DNA of 64,000 nucleotides from NCBI GenBank assembly GCA_964252035.1, contig OZ176201.1; one strand, written 5' to 3'. The stretch is from Podarcis erhardii (taxonomy: Eukaryota). The translations under genes and the position numbers were made by a program. The notes under the pieces were generated by a model. It worked only from the letters and a program-made list of their open reading frames with translations. It was not told the origin of the DNA and searched no databases. Below, one piece after another: positions 1 to 12,778 of the stretch; the stretch's first letter is position 1, and every line of letters starts with the position of its first letter.

Positions 1-10
1 TAAATAACAA

Positions 11-57
<47 letters not shown>
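11..57. repeat. (ATT)n microsatellite, about 15 units
   Basis: Uninterrupted ATT run from 11 to 55. Confidence 0.95.
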
Positions 58-257
58 CATCAAATTTAATTTACTCTAAAACAAAGAAAATGAGGTTATG
101 TTATTAACAATATTTCTAATAATATCATCAAAAACCTGAGTTGATAGTTTACTTTTGGCTCAAATTAGGGAGGGGATATATTTTGCTTTCCTCTTATTTT
201 CAACTCCACCCCCCACCCCCCGCTACCAGTTTTGCAGGGTTGATATCAAATGATACA

Positions 258-520
258 CTTTTTTATTTTTAAAAATATTTTTTATTGATTTTCCAATATC
301 ATTCCAATAGCAGCCTCACTATAACAACAGCATTCTTCATATCGAACACATTCCTTTGTGGATAATGGAGGTTAGGGTGGATTTTGCTCTTTATTTTCAT
401 AGCATCGGGTTTCTCACCCCCTTCCCTCTCAGTTCCTTTCTCTCTCACACACAGTTCCAATTTTGTTAAATTCCATTTATATTCCAATTTCTTCCATCCT
501 CACTTGTTCAGATATTTTTA
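258..520 (-). mobile_element. Possible L1-like LINE 3' end (antisense)
   Basis: T-rich tail on + at 258-292, followed by minus-strand A-rich coding-like sequence (WKKLEYKWNL...). Weak resemblance only. Confidence 0.3.
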
Positions 521-1924
521 AATAAAACTTGCATTCCAGGGAGGATTGCCGTATCAAAAATGAAGAGAAAAACTTTAAATAAGCAAACCATGTGCTCCCC
601 TCCCTCCATCGTCTCTCTCACCGAATCGTATCCACTCTCAGTCCAAACCTTTTACATCCTTGTAGCTGGGTTGTTTTTGCAGTTTCTTATCATCTCTGGC
701 ACGCACCTGTAGTTTACTCCAATTAGAATCCAATTAACAGGATAGCCTGTGCTTCCAGGAAAGGGGTGGGGGGCGTTGCAGTAGCCAGAGTGCTCTGTGC
801 ACCCAGTGTCTTTGCCTGCCCTCGCATTCCATGGGGAAGTGAGTGCCATACCACCAGGCAAACTGCGAGTGAGAGCCTGGTTCCTCTTCCAACTGAAGAG
901 GAATGCAGATAATGAAATTCCCCCATCATTTTCTGATTATCTCCATCTGTGTCTATTCCACAGTGTTAAGAGAGGCTCTATTGCTGGTGCACTGGAAGCA
1001 GGAAGACGATATCAAATGATATACTTAATCACAAAGCATTGTTCTTAGAGATACTATTGGGTGGAAGAGTGGCCGCAGCCCCACTCCCCTGAAACATTAA
1101 AAAGCCCTCCCTCTACTTTTTCAGCTTCCAAAATAGTTTGCAAATTAGGGGGTGGGCTTTTTGGCTGAGCCCTAATATACTTCTCTCGAGTCTTTATAAA
1201 AGGTCCATGAATCAGAATGACAATGTAATCCAAATAAATCTACAATGAATATGATGTAAATATATCTAGCACAATAAGTGAAAGTTTTCACAGTCACCAC
1301 CACGAATGCTATTTAGTCTGGAGAGGAAGAGGGAAGCAATATATATTTTACTCCAAGCCTCAGCCTTTGTAGCAACTAAAGTTTACAGCCAGCTGTTATT
1401 GTAGGATTCCTGCCACTGTAGGTCACATCCAAGCAGCCAAGAGCTTTCCAGCTGATCTTCACATCCTTCAGTTTTCCTGGATGTATAGAGATGGTCCCAG
1501 TTCTCCAGAGATGGCGCTAACTCTCCCTGCTCAGTTGAAAATTTTGTCAGGTAACTTGATGGTATCCCACACTCTTTAGAGATACTTAGATAGAAGTGGC
1601 TGCAGACATGATCTGGTGCTCTTGGACAGTGGCAGGGAAACATCTGTTACAAATTTCAGCCTCCTGTCTCCTTCACCCACAGAACCTTATGCAAATTTTG
1701 AAACTTAATGCTTCTTACAGAGCCTTATGCATTAAAGGGGTAATACACACCCTACATTTAGTTTGGACAAATACCACCGTCCTTGACCATTTCCCTTCCA
1801 TCTTCAAATTATCAGAGTTTCCCTCATTTCTTTGAAAGAAAAAGAACCTGATTTTGCTCAAATTTATCCATTCGCCATTTGCTACTTTCTTCTGCTTGTT
1901 ACTTTGTTATACATTTTTGTGGTT

Positions 1925-2500
1925 TATATATATATATATTTGTAAATAATTTTTATTAATTTTCAATTAATAATATTCCAGTTGGTAATAAATCAAATCA
2001 AATCTTTCCACATCATACAAACAATAATATGAATTATACATCCGAATTTAAAAAAATAATTCAAGGGAGCTTCCCATATTCTGGATGTCTAGAGAAAGTC
2101 TCTTTCAGTTGTTCCTGCGTTCGTCTCTCTTATTTCCCCCCCCCCCCCAGTTTCATCATTCCAATTTTAACGTCTTCTTCCAATCACTGGTGTGCGGCTT
2201 TCTATCGCGATTCATAAATCCATAAGTCTGTTCGAATGTGAAGCATTTCCCCTGTATTGATCTTCTTTAAATGGTTTAAGCGTAGTCATCCCAGTTGACC
2301 CTTCCTTCATCCCAGTTTTATCTTTGTTTTCCAATGCTCTGAGCACTCCTCCAACTCTTCTTTAATTAGTAAGATTTATAGCACAGCGACCTTCCAGGTC
2401 TTTTAACCAGTTGTTGCTCCAAATACAAATTTTCCGTAGAAAAACAATGCCACAGGCTATATCTCACAGTTTCAGTAATTATTTGTTGATTGTTGTTCCT
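1925..2500 (-). mobile_element. Possible degraded L1-like LINE 3' end (antisense)
   Basis: T/TA-rich tail at 1925-1975. The minus strand gives broken motifs (ATT..KTWK, LEE, FKED) that resemble the L1 ORF2 C-terminus. Confidence 0.35.
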
Positions 2501-3358
2501 CTGGGATCCAAGCCAGCTCCCCCTGGGCCCTGGGGGGGGGGGGAGAGCGAGCCACAAACCACAAATTCACCTTCACTTTTATAAAGATAGTCCATGCAGG
2601 CAAAATGCAGTTTTTGCATGAGATATTCCCAGTCCATTGAATGTATTTTGCTTCCCCTAAGGGGAGTTCATTTATTTTCCTTCTGCATCACAACCACCAC
2701 AGCCACTGCCATATTTCTCAGCCTGAGCCTCCTTCTTATCAAGTCATTATTTTTGCCTTGGGGTTCTCCGCAGATGGCTATGCAGCCAAATATCAAATTG
2801 ATTTTAACAGTTCCTCCCACATTCTTTTTGAGTAATTAATTCTTTCTTGGTGAGGTTCACCAAAGTAGCAAATGAGAAATAAAAGAGAAAGTCGCTCACC
2901 CCACTTAAATCAAAGCACAGTGATGAATGTCCATTTCAAGTCCACACCTTGGCATCCAATGATTGTTTTCTTTAGCAGGTCTTTTTTATCTCCTTCTTTC
3001 CAGAACACGCCTGTTTCTTAGTCCAAATTTTAATGATTTTAGGAAACAGGGATCTCCCGCTCATGGCGATGACATTAGAGCATTGCCAACTCATGCAGTG
3101 CTTGCACCCAGCATCCCTGCCCCCGCATTCTGTAGCGAGCAGCAGTTATCGGACAAACCGCGGGTGATGGCCAGTCCACCCCTACCCTGGGGCGGGGGGC
3201 GGCAGGGCCAATTACCCCCATATTAACCCTGAAAACCTGCACGATTGGGGTCCAGTATTCTGGGAAAGCAGCCAATGGCCATGGCAGAAAACTGGAAGCT
3301 GGTTTGTGTTTTTATATTGTAAACCGCCCTGTGATCTTTGAATGAAGGGCAGTGTAGA

Positions 3359-3406
<48 letters not shown>
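3359..3406. repeat. (AAT)16 microsatellite
   Basis: Perfect AAT run. It produces the spurious poly-Ile ORF 3212..3484. Confidence 0.95.
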
Positions 3407-3407
<1 letters not shown>

Positions 3408-4021
3408 TATTTTGATGGAGAAGACAGACTGTTTCTGACCTTCCACAAGTCTGGGTACCTCATTACCTCATAGAGCTGCCTCAAGATTCTGTCGACAATT
3501 TCTTACGATGCCAATAAAATTATAAGTGTGTTTGGGTGTAGGCTATAAAGCTATAATTGGACAAATCTAGCTTTTTTCAAACCATGACAAAATATCCATT
3601 GAAAATCAGAGTCTACAATCTTGAGGGGTGAAATAATTTTTTACAGGAATTCCACAGGAGCTTATTCTGGGATAATGAAGAACTTACTGGAATGAAAAAA
3701 GAGGGTGGGTTGATGCAGAGATATCCCATTTATCATATGAAAAGAAAAGTAGGAATTTCCTGAATTCTCAGAAGCATCATACATCATGTCTGGAGTTCTG
3801 AACTGAGTCTCAAGCTTTTATCAATAAATGAAGTTACAGTGATTTAGAATCAAGAACTTTCTGACCTATACTGGAAAAGAACTTTCCTGCTTAGCAGCCT
3901 CAGCAATTGGTCCATTTCATAAGGCAGAGTAGCCAGCCTGGTGCCATCCAGATTTGTGGACCACTGTAACACCCACACCATGCAGTTAGAGCACTGTTCA
4001 CTTGAAGAGTCATGGCTTTCC

Positions 4022-4200
4022 CCCCCCCCAAAAAAAAACACGCCCTGAGAACTGTAGTTTGGTAAGGAATTCTAACTCTGTGAGGGATGGCCTAACAACT
4101 CTAAGCACCCTTAACAAACCACAGTTCCAAGGATTCTTTGAGGGAAGCCATGATAGTTAAAGTGGTATAAGAATGCTTTTAATGTGTGGTGTGAATGTAA
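4022..4200. mobile_element. Partial copy (one arm) of the squamate hairpin/MITE-like repeat also seen at 54474-54684
   Basis: Shares acagttccaaggattctttgagggaagccatg...tttaatgtgtggtgtgaat with the right arm of the 54474 element. Confidence 0.6.
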
Positions 4201-4300
4201 CCTACAACTCCAATCATCCCTGATCATTTGCTATGTTGGGACTGATGGGAATTTGAGTCATAAGCACCAAAATGTCACCAGGTTGGCTATCCCTATCATA
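4201..4300. mobile_element. Degenerate short hAT-like MITE copy (caactcccatcatccctgac family)
   Basis: ctacaactccaatcatccctgatc...gatgggaatttgagtc matches the copies at 24481, 48333 and 54079. Confidence 0.5.
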
Positions 4301-6703
4301 GGGCTTGACTGAACTGGTCCCAGCTCCTGATTTCCTTTGCTCCCACATGGAACAAGGAAGTCAAAGGGAAGAAACAAGCAGAGACTTTTTAGTATTGGGG
4401 AACCTCACACCTGTGTCATGTGTCTGCGGTTCAGCTGAAAATTGGGTGCGCACAGTGTGTAGTGGTGATTGATTCAGAGCACGTTGGACAGGATTTGAAT
4501 GTCTTAATTGCTTCCAAGGGTAACTAGTTCTAAAGGTACAGATTTATATTCATTTTCCCTCCTAGAAATAATTTTAGGAGCTTGGACCAAGGTGTAGTAG
4601 AAGAGGAAAGAACAATCTAATAGATTGCCACTTCTGTTGTTTGTTCATGTTATAGCTCTATTAACACACATGGCAATCTGAAGGCTTATCCACACTTCCT
4701 CTTGTCCTGCTGCTTTCTTCATGGGGAAACTGCTCTTTAGTGGATTTCCCCCAGATTGCCATTTGTTCTGTTTATTGAATAAGAGCAGGTGTTCCCTTGG
4801 AAAGGAGCGGGTCAAGGGGAAACCACTCAGACTCATTCCTAGAAAGAGCAGGTCAAGCGGAAAAGCACTCAGCCCTGTGCTTTCTAGGCAGAGTCGTAGC
4901 TACAGGGGAGCTAGCCAGGTTTTTGCACAGGGTAAAGGCTCCAGAGAGGGGCACTATTGAGGCTCCCAGGTGAAATAAAGCCTAGTTTCACCCTGTTTCT
5001 AGGCACAGGACAAGCAGAAGTGCAGATGAGCCCTAAGCTGCAATCCAGTCCACTTGGCTGGAGGGGAGGTTGGATGAGGCAGAGGTGAGCCTCTGTCCAA
5101 CCCTGCCAGCAGAGATGTTTCACCGCTGTAGAGTATTGTACCTCAATGTGACTGCACAAATGGCAGTCAGGCAGAAGCTACCACCAGCAATATCACCACT
5201 GGTTGTAGTCAGGGTAAACCCCATAACAGGGAAAGGTCAGAGTCAGTCTAGCAAGGGATCTGCTGGATACTGAACTAGCCCTGCTGCCATCACATGATGC
5301 CAATAGGCCCAATCTGGGCCTCTTCACTCTGCCAGCTTGGGAGTTGGCATAGCAATAGGGCATTTTTTTCTTTGCCACTCCCTTTCTGGCTGGAGTGAGT
5401 GGTGGGGCTGTGTCGATGTGGTGGTGGCCATGTCATTTGGTTAAGCCCTGCCACTGCAATCCATGAAGAAGAAACAATCCTTCAGCCCCAGTGATCTTAC
5501 CATTTAAATTGTGGTTAGAAAAACAGGGAGTTGGGGGTGAAGTGGGAGCAAGTGTAACAAGGTCTTCTGAGTATGCAAGCAGGTGAAGTTTCATATGCAT
5601 TTGCAGTGGGAGGAATGCAACATAGCACTAAGGAAATTGCTTCATCAGGGCAAGCATTGCTGCCTGATGGAACGTCCTCTCTCCTCCGCTATTGTGCTGT
5701 CCTGAGGGTTCTCTCAGTACCCACCCTCCAAGCCAATTTGGGGGTTATGTGGAGGGAGAAGAGCAGGAAAGCCCCGTAGCAGTTGGGGTTGTGCAGGCTT
5801 CTGCTAGTGAACAGTTAGTTGCCTAGTAGCTTTATCCCAAAATTCATCAAAGCCAGAAATCTTGAAGTTCAAGGGCAGTTTTTCTGCGGTGCTCTGCACT
5901 CCATCATTCAGCATCAGGCTCTTGTGATGCATGAGAAAAATTTTATTAATGCAACCTTATCTCATATTTTCTATCTACAAACCACAAGGATGGTAGGAGA
6001 TTCCACAGCAACCCAAAGGTTACCAGATTAGTGCAGTCAGCCTTTCTCCTGGAATAGCCACCTTATTTCCTCCCTACCTGCATGCCTTGCACCCATTTTC
6101 CAGCTCTTCCGTGCATCTGCAACTTTCTTCTATAGTTTTTGGCTCTCTGCATGAACCTAGGAACGTGCTGTGGCCTCCTCAAAAGTGCTTGCACTCATGC
6201 ACTGGGGTCTCAGGGTTGCTGTCTCCGGTCATGCCCAGGTGAGATTTAATCTGGAGGTGTTTCAACCTCCTTTCCCAGATCACACACCTGTAACAGCATG
6301 TTATTCTTACATTTTTTTCCCATCCTGAGGCGATGGGCAAAGCAGCCTGAATACAGAGTGGGCATTTGAAACCTTCAGTTCTCGCCTGAGGCCGCAATGC
6401 TTCGCTTACGGACCCCTCCATATGTCCTTTTTATTCATGATTATTTGTTGTCATGATGGTACTGCGAGTTCCTCTGTAGCCGTCTCAGGTGAAGGTAGTC
6501 TTACAGTTCTAGCATATCTCTTAAGTAGCTAGACATAGAACAAGCTTGGGGAAGAACTGAGGCTGAAATCCTGGAATGGTGACTAAGGTTTCTAGTCAGG
6601 TGTCACATATGCAGCACGTGGCACTGAGCCAGTGCCATCACATGGAAAGGCAAGCTCCAGCAGTGTTGTGAACTTTTGACTAAGGCAAGTTTATGTCCCT
6701 GTA

Positions 6704-7063
6704 GGGAAGCGGGTGGCGCTGTGGGTAAAACCTCAGCGCCTAGGACTTGCCAATCGTATGGTCGGCGGTTCGAATCCCCGCGGCGGGGTGAGCTCCCGTC
6801 TTTCGGTCCCAGCTCCTGCCCACCTAGCAGTTCGAAAGCACCCCTAAGTGCAAGTAGATAAATAGGTACCGCTTTATAGCGGGAAGGTAAAGGGCGTTTC
6901 CGTGTGCTGCGGTGGTGCTGGCTCGCCAGAGCAGCTTCATCACGCTGGCCACATGACCTGGAAGTGTCTCCGGACAGCGCTGGCTCCTGGCCTCTTAAGT
7001 GAGATGAGCGCACAACCCTAGAGTCGGACACGACTGGCCCGCACGGGCAGGGGTACCTTTACC
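6704..7063 (+). mobile_element. Full-length Sauria SINE (Squam1-type), young
   Basis: tRNA-like head (gggtggcgctgtgg A-box, ggttcgaatccc B-box), body, and (accttt)n tail. 14-bp TSD tttatgtccctgta at 6690-6703 and 7064-7077. CpG-rich. Confidence 0.93.
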
Positions 7064-9052
7064 TTTATGTCCCTGTAAGGCAAGCCTATGTACCTGGGTT
7101 GTGTAGCAGGGTGAAAGTGTAATTGTCTCTAAGGCCTGCCGTAGCTCCCTCTTCCAGATATCCCATTTTTTAAAATATCTTAACACAATGGAACTTGGCC
7201 CTGTACCTGCAGGACTGAAGAATGGGAGCTGGGAATTCACCTTGCAATAGATTAGCGTTTATTCTACTGATCCAACATGCACATGCTTATGTACTCAGCC
7301 TTGGAGCTCTGACTAGGACAGTGCTTCTGCTTCAAAAACAATAAGGGCAGCAAGAGCTATGGAAGAGAATATGGGGTGCACTACTAGAGATGAAGGGTAT
7401 CTGACAAATTTATCAGAGATTTGGGGCTCCTGGAGACCATGGGTCTCATTTTCTTTTATAATCTTCTGACAACTGCCACCATAGAAGAGTGTTGGAATAG
7501 AATTAATGTCTGACATAACTGGCATTTTAAAAGTCAGTGCAAACAACTTTGCAGCGACATTGTTGGTGATTGTGTTTCCCAGTCATTTATTACTCTGATG
7601 GAACTTGCCACCCTCTACTGCAGTTTTCCTTTCCTCTCTTTCTTATGCATTCTATATCACTGGTGATCTGGTTTGTTCTTCTCTCATCTCTCATCAGTTT
7701 CATTAAAATTTTCATCAGCATATAGAAAATGTTTTTGAGCCAATCATGCCAGCTTCAATTAAATGTACAAGGGTCTGTATTGTTTTTCAGCTGTGTTGCT
7801 GTCATCTGACTGTATAAACTGCTCTGTAGTCCACCACGTTATGTTTATTCATACTATTGCATCAGTAGCAGCCACACCAGTATGTTAAGCAACTAGTTTC
7901 TGGATTGTAAACTCATTTCATAGCCACTGTTCTAGACTTGAACTTGGGATCACTGGAGGAGTGTCAAGATAATTGCTATTACCCCACCTAGGTCCAAAAA
8001 AATTGTGCCGATGAGAGCTTGGCCTCCCCCACCACTATTGCTATCTGTATTTGGACAAAAGAATGATCACCTTGATAGGGAAAGTTAGTAGAGCTTCATG
8101 AAACAATAGTTTTTATTTGTACTAGCTTAGAGGTAAGGACTGAGAATTGTTAAACAGTGTCCCAGACCTAAACAGCCTAATTAGCTTCCCATGTCATGTG
8201 GTGAGGCATGCAACCTGATCCCACATATGTTTATTTGGAACCAAGTCGCACTTAAAATCCTAACCATGCCTACTATAAAATATGTCCTATTGAATCAGTG
8301 GTGCTTAATCTCAGTTAGGTGGGGTTAGGATTGCAGCCTTTGTCCCTACTAAGCGTGCTTAAGTACGAAGACTTGATATTTCAATCAAACTCCTCTTCAT
8401 TTTCATTCCTTAGTCAGGATTTGTGTAACCATTGGAATTTGACGCCTCAATTTTTATGTCAGTGGAAATTAGGAGTATATAAATCCAAGTAAGCACATCA
8501 AGAAATGGATGCTGAATGAAAGACCGAAAAGCTTTAAAGAATAAGGATATGTAAATTTAGGGTAAAGATTAAGCCTTGAATAAAAACCAAGTACAATCTG
8601 AATGTGAGTAAGCTCCACATAAGAGATGAATAAGATTTTTTGAAGCACCTTTGGCTGCTGCCCTTTGCCCTCAGGTGGTTTTTTGTGTTTGTTGTTTGTT
8701 TTTGGATGAGCAAGGGCAGACAGGTTTGTTTTCTTTGTAAGAAATGCTTTGTCCAGTGATGCTGGAAACTTCCCAGGTTTCCAACTGAGCTGGCATGAAG
8801 GATTTTCTCAACACCAAGGCTTTGATCTTGTTTAGCCTAAGATCTGTAGCTAAACAGTTGTAGCACATTACTACCCTATGTTTCAAGGCAGCTGCCAAAG
8901 AAGGGTGCAGGAAAAACCTATTTGTTTCAGAAACTTCCCTGAACAGAGCCAGCATGTGGTATTGGGTTCGTTTGGGGTTTATGTTGTGTGTTCTCTTTCT
9001 TAATGTTACTCACTTTCCTTGTCTCTTCCCTTTCACTGCCACTTCACAACAG

Positions 9053-9064
9053 GAGCAGCACACG
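9053..9064 (+). CDS. CACNA1A: CACNA1A alternative microexon e24a (12 nt, phase 2/2, adds S-S-T-R to the IIIS3-S4 linker)
   Basis: acaacag|GAGCAGCACACG|gtaaag reads (xx)G AGC AGC ACA CG(A), joining the A at 12670. It has a 98-nt AG-free zone, TGC at 9037-9039, and matches the SSTR e24a known in mammals. Confidence 0.88.
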
Positions 9065-9070
9065 GTAAAG

Positions 9071-9104
9071 TCTTTCTGTCTGTCTCTTTCTTTCTCTCTT
9101 TCTC

Positions 9105-9143
<39 letters not shown>
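9071..9143 (+). repeat. (CTTT)n/(CT)n compound microsatellite
   Basis: Starts right after the 6-nt e24a donor motif (gtaaag). Confidence 0.9.
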
Positions 9144-11513
9144 CACTCATTCTCTGGTACACATTCTATTTATCTATGTTATCTTGGTTATGCATCACTT
9201 TGGCTAATGTGGTTGGAAGGGAAGACATTTTAGAGCTCCTTTCATCTCTCCAAACATCAGTCATTCAGTTGGTACTGTTGTAGGTTGCATCACTGAGTTG
9301 GGATCATTGTATTTTACTGTCAGGATTTCACTTTCTGGGACTCTGCAATGGCCATGATGTGCACTGAACAGAACATTCTACTGCAACCTGCTTGAAATAT
9401 ATTGAAATCCTACTTGTGCCAGGAACTCATGATATGCTAATGTTGTCAAGGATGAAGGACAAGGATGGTGATTAGAAATAACATCAGCTTTAAAAAGAAA
9501 GCCCCCACGTGCTAGAGACTTTGGGAACATCCAACTGCACTGAGCAATCATAGTACAGGGTGCTACTTCCTAGAGGCCTGTTGCCATCTACACACAACAG
9601 CAACAAAAACGGCCCTGGGGCATATGCTTGGGAGTTGTTGTTTTTTATTAAAAAAAACCTAGCCTCCCTTGTGCTTTTGTTCTGTCAAGGAGAGAGTTGG
9701 AGAGCATAGTTTGCTTGGCTGTAAAGCCTGGGGCTCACTGTTGTTCGAAGGAAAGTCTTCTGGTGAATAGAGATATAACGCAAATAAGCAGGGCATTCTC
9801 ACAACTATGGAAATATGTTATGCCCAAACAGACAATCCTCCTCTCTCTTTGTTCTGCAGGCTAGCTATTTTCAGTAATGTTAAACATTTATGCTGGGAAA
9901 TGACAATGTTTGGGAATGTCATGGCCAGAGAGTGCTAATAGGATCAAGCTGGAATATGTCACTACTAGGCATCCGTTTTGCATTTTCTGGCATCTAAAAC
10001 TGTCATTTTATTAAAAGTGTCATGAGAGATTATCTAGCTGTCAGAACTCAGAGGTTTCTAGCTAGAACTCTTTCCCTTTGTGTCTGACTTTTGGAAGGAT
10101 TATAATCAGGAGCTCTTCTCCAAGTGGCTTTGTTGGCTCTCCATTGAATATATGTTCACTCAAAAGTTTGAAAACCATCTCTCCAGCAGTGCATTTCTGA
10201 GAAAAGGTTTTGCCACTCTCTTTATAGTATGAGGCTATTCACATGTGTTGAATCAGAAGTGTAAAAGAAAGAGTGCTCCTCGCACAAGTGTATATTAGAT
10301 AGCAGGGCCTGTGAAGCAGCTGTAGTTATAATAGCTCTCCTGCAATATAGTCATGTTGCTTAAATGTTTCCTTAAATTATAACTATAATTTATTATATAG
10401 ATGTCTCAAATAAACCCACTATTAGAAAAGCTGTGTTGTAGTGGACTTGCAGTGGTTTATTGTAGACATATACAAGTTTCTCTTACTACCCTAGCTGGTA
10501 AAAATACAACAACATTAATAAATTAAATAGCTAACAATTTGCTGCATATTCACGATTTCCAAAATCAGCTGCCCTGCTCTGCCTAATGGTGGGGCTGGCT
10601 TTCAGTGGCTTCTTGTAGAAGATGAGAAGAGGTTATATATTTCTCCAAACTAGGAATCGATTCCAGGAATATGTCCTTGTCGTCTTCTTTTTCACTTTTT
10701 CACCCAATAAGAAAAATTGACAAGGTGGAGCTAAATGGGACTGAAGAACTTTAGCATATTGCTACTCTCACCTTTGCATGTGTGTTGTGCACTGAAGGCA
10801 GAGATGGAATTCTATCTTACTGCTGGAGAGAAGGTTCTAGGTTATCTGGATGCAAACAGAATGTGAGCCAGTGGATAGGTTAAGGAAAAGCATACTGAAC
10901 AGTCATCCAACGACAGGACTACTTCAGAATAAACTTTTAATTCTCCCCATACCAAAAATTCTCTGGGATTGGAAAACTAATGTGTAATGGAGAAGGATAG
11001 GCTAGAACAATTCTCATAGATGTGCAAGCATTCTCACTGGGGTGCTGGCTTTCAACATACAAGAATTTTTGTCATGAAATATGCCATGCCACCCATCTGC
11101 ATTCTGAAGTACAGTAGTACAGTCCCAGGAAGGCTTTACTACATGATATAATAACAGCTACAACTACTACTACAACAACAACCAAAGCACCCAGTATGTT
11201 TGAATATGTGTTTTCTTATGCCTCAGGGCTATAAAGATTCTGTAGGTGTACTTTGTATTCTTTCAGTTTGTAGCAGGTCTGTAAGGGGCTTCCCACATTT
11301 CTGTGTTCTGTTGGTTCTGTATAAGTTATCTGCATAAAGCTAGTATATTTTTCTAACAGCATCAACATATTCTGCTTTGCTTCGGCATGGGTTCCTGAAG
11401 CAGCACAGTGAGAGCATTAATTCAGGCTGCAACTTCTTCCTTTGTTATTTTCCCCATTCTTAGGAGAATCCTATTTTAAAATGCCCCCCTTCATTTGATA
11501 TGATGTACACACA

Positions 11514-11872
11514 GTGTGGGTGGCGCTGTGGGTTAAACCACAGAGCCTAGGACTTGCTGATCAGAAGGTCGGCGGTCCGAATCCCCGCGACGGGGTGAGC
11601 TCTCGTTGCTCGGTCCCTGCTCCTGCCCACCTAGCAGTTCGAAAGCATGTCAAAGTGCAAGTAGATAAATAGGTACCGCTCTGGCGGGATGGTAAACGGT
11701 GTTTCCGTGCGCTGCTCTGGTTCACTAGAAGCGGCTTAGTCATGCTGGCCACATGACCTGGAATCTGTACGCCGGCTCCCTCGGCCAATAAAGCGAGATG
11801 AGCGCCACAACCCCAGAGTCGGTCACGACTGGACCTAATGGTCAGGGGTCCCTTTACCTTTTACCTTTACCT
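11514..11872 (+). mobile_element. Full-length Sauria SINE (second, lacertid-type subfamily)
   Basis: A/B boxes, ggacctaatggtcaggggtccctttacc 3' end and (ttacct)n tail. 8-bp TSD tacacaca at 11506-11513 and 11873-11880. Confidence 0.93.
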
Positions 11873-12610
11873 TACACACAAATGCATAGCCAGTTATGAT
11901 CTGAGAAATGTAAACCTTAGTAAGGCTGTAATGATTCTTGGCATTGTATGTGTGTACACTTTACAAAACTGGGAGAAGACAACTTTAGTAGCACAGGAGA
12001 TGAGGGGAAACTAATATAGGGTAGCATAAAAACAGGCAGGATAACTTGACTGGCAAGGTTTGAACTTTAAAGGAAATTGAAACTGAGTTGAGAACTGCTG
12101 TTGAATACTTTAGTGCTGTGTATCAGCTGGTATCAATGAGTGCCATTGCCTTGTAACACTCCAATACACCTCACAGCACCTTCTATGCTTTATCAGTGAA
12201 TCTGGTAACAACAGTTAAAAAATACATCCAGCAATACTTGAACCCCCTTTGAAAATGTTACTTCTAGACCAGGCTATTTTCTTTTTTGAGGAGCACATGC
12301 CTTGGGACGGAGCATTCCAACTTCTTAGCACCTTGAGGAATTCTTCACAAGGAATCCAAATCCTATGGTGCTGGTGAACAGAAAGGGTATGAGCTGAAAG
12401 GGTACCAATACAGATGAAGTGATGGGTGGAATCAAAAGCATATAAAAAAGGGTAAAGCAGCTTAAGGAATGGAAAGAATGGAGTGGTAACTGGAAAAGGT
12501 AGATGCGACTGTTACAACAGAACCTTAAAAGTAGTATGGATGACAAAAAGGGTAGCGAATAGCATGAGTATATATCTCCCTTTGGCAGTCCTCTGTCTAG
12601 AACAGTATAA

Positions 12611-12778
<168 letters not shown>

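Noticed and set aside
3212-3484. Poly-Ile ORF
   Set aside because: It is a translation of the (AAT)16 microsatellite.
6704-6790. tRNA gene from A/B boxes
   Set aside because: This is the tRNA-derived head of a SINE; there is no cloverleaf.
6603-7031. 142-aa minus-strand ORF (also 11561..11788)
   Set aside because: These are antisense readings of GC-rich Sauria SINEs.
1-9052. Exon 24 ([23 protein letters not shown]...)
   Set aside because: I could not find it; it presumably lies upstream of the window.
8954-9283. 109-aa hydrophobic ORF that looks like a membrane protein
   Set aside because: Its SFFL repeats come from the (CTTT)n microsatellite. The real coding unit here is the 12-nt microexon.
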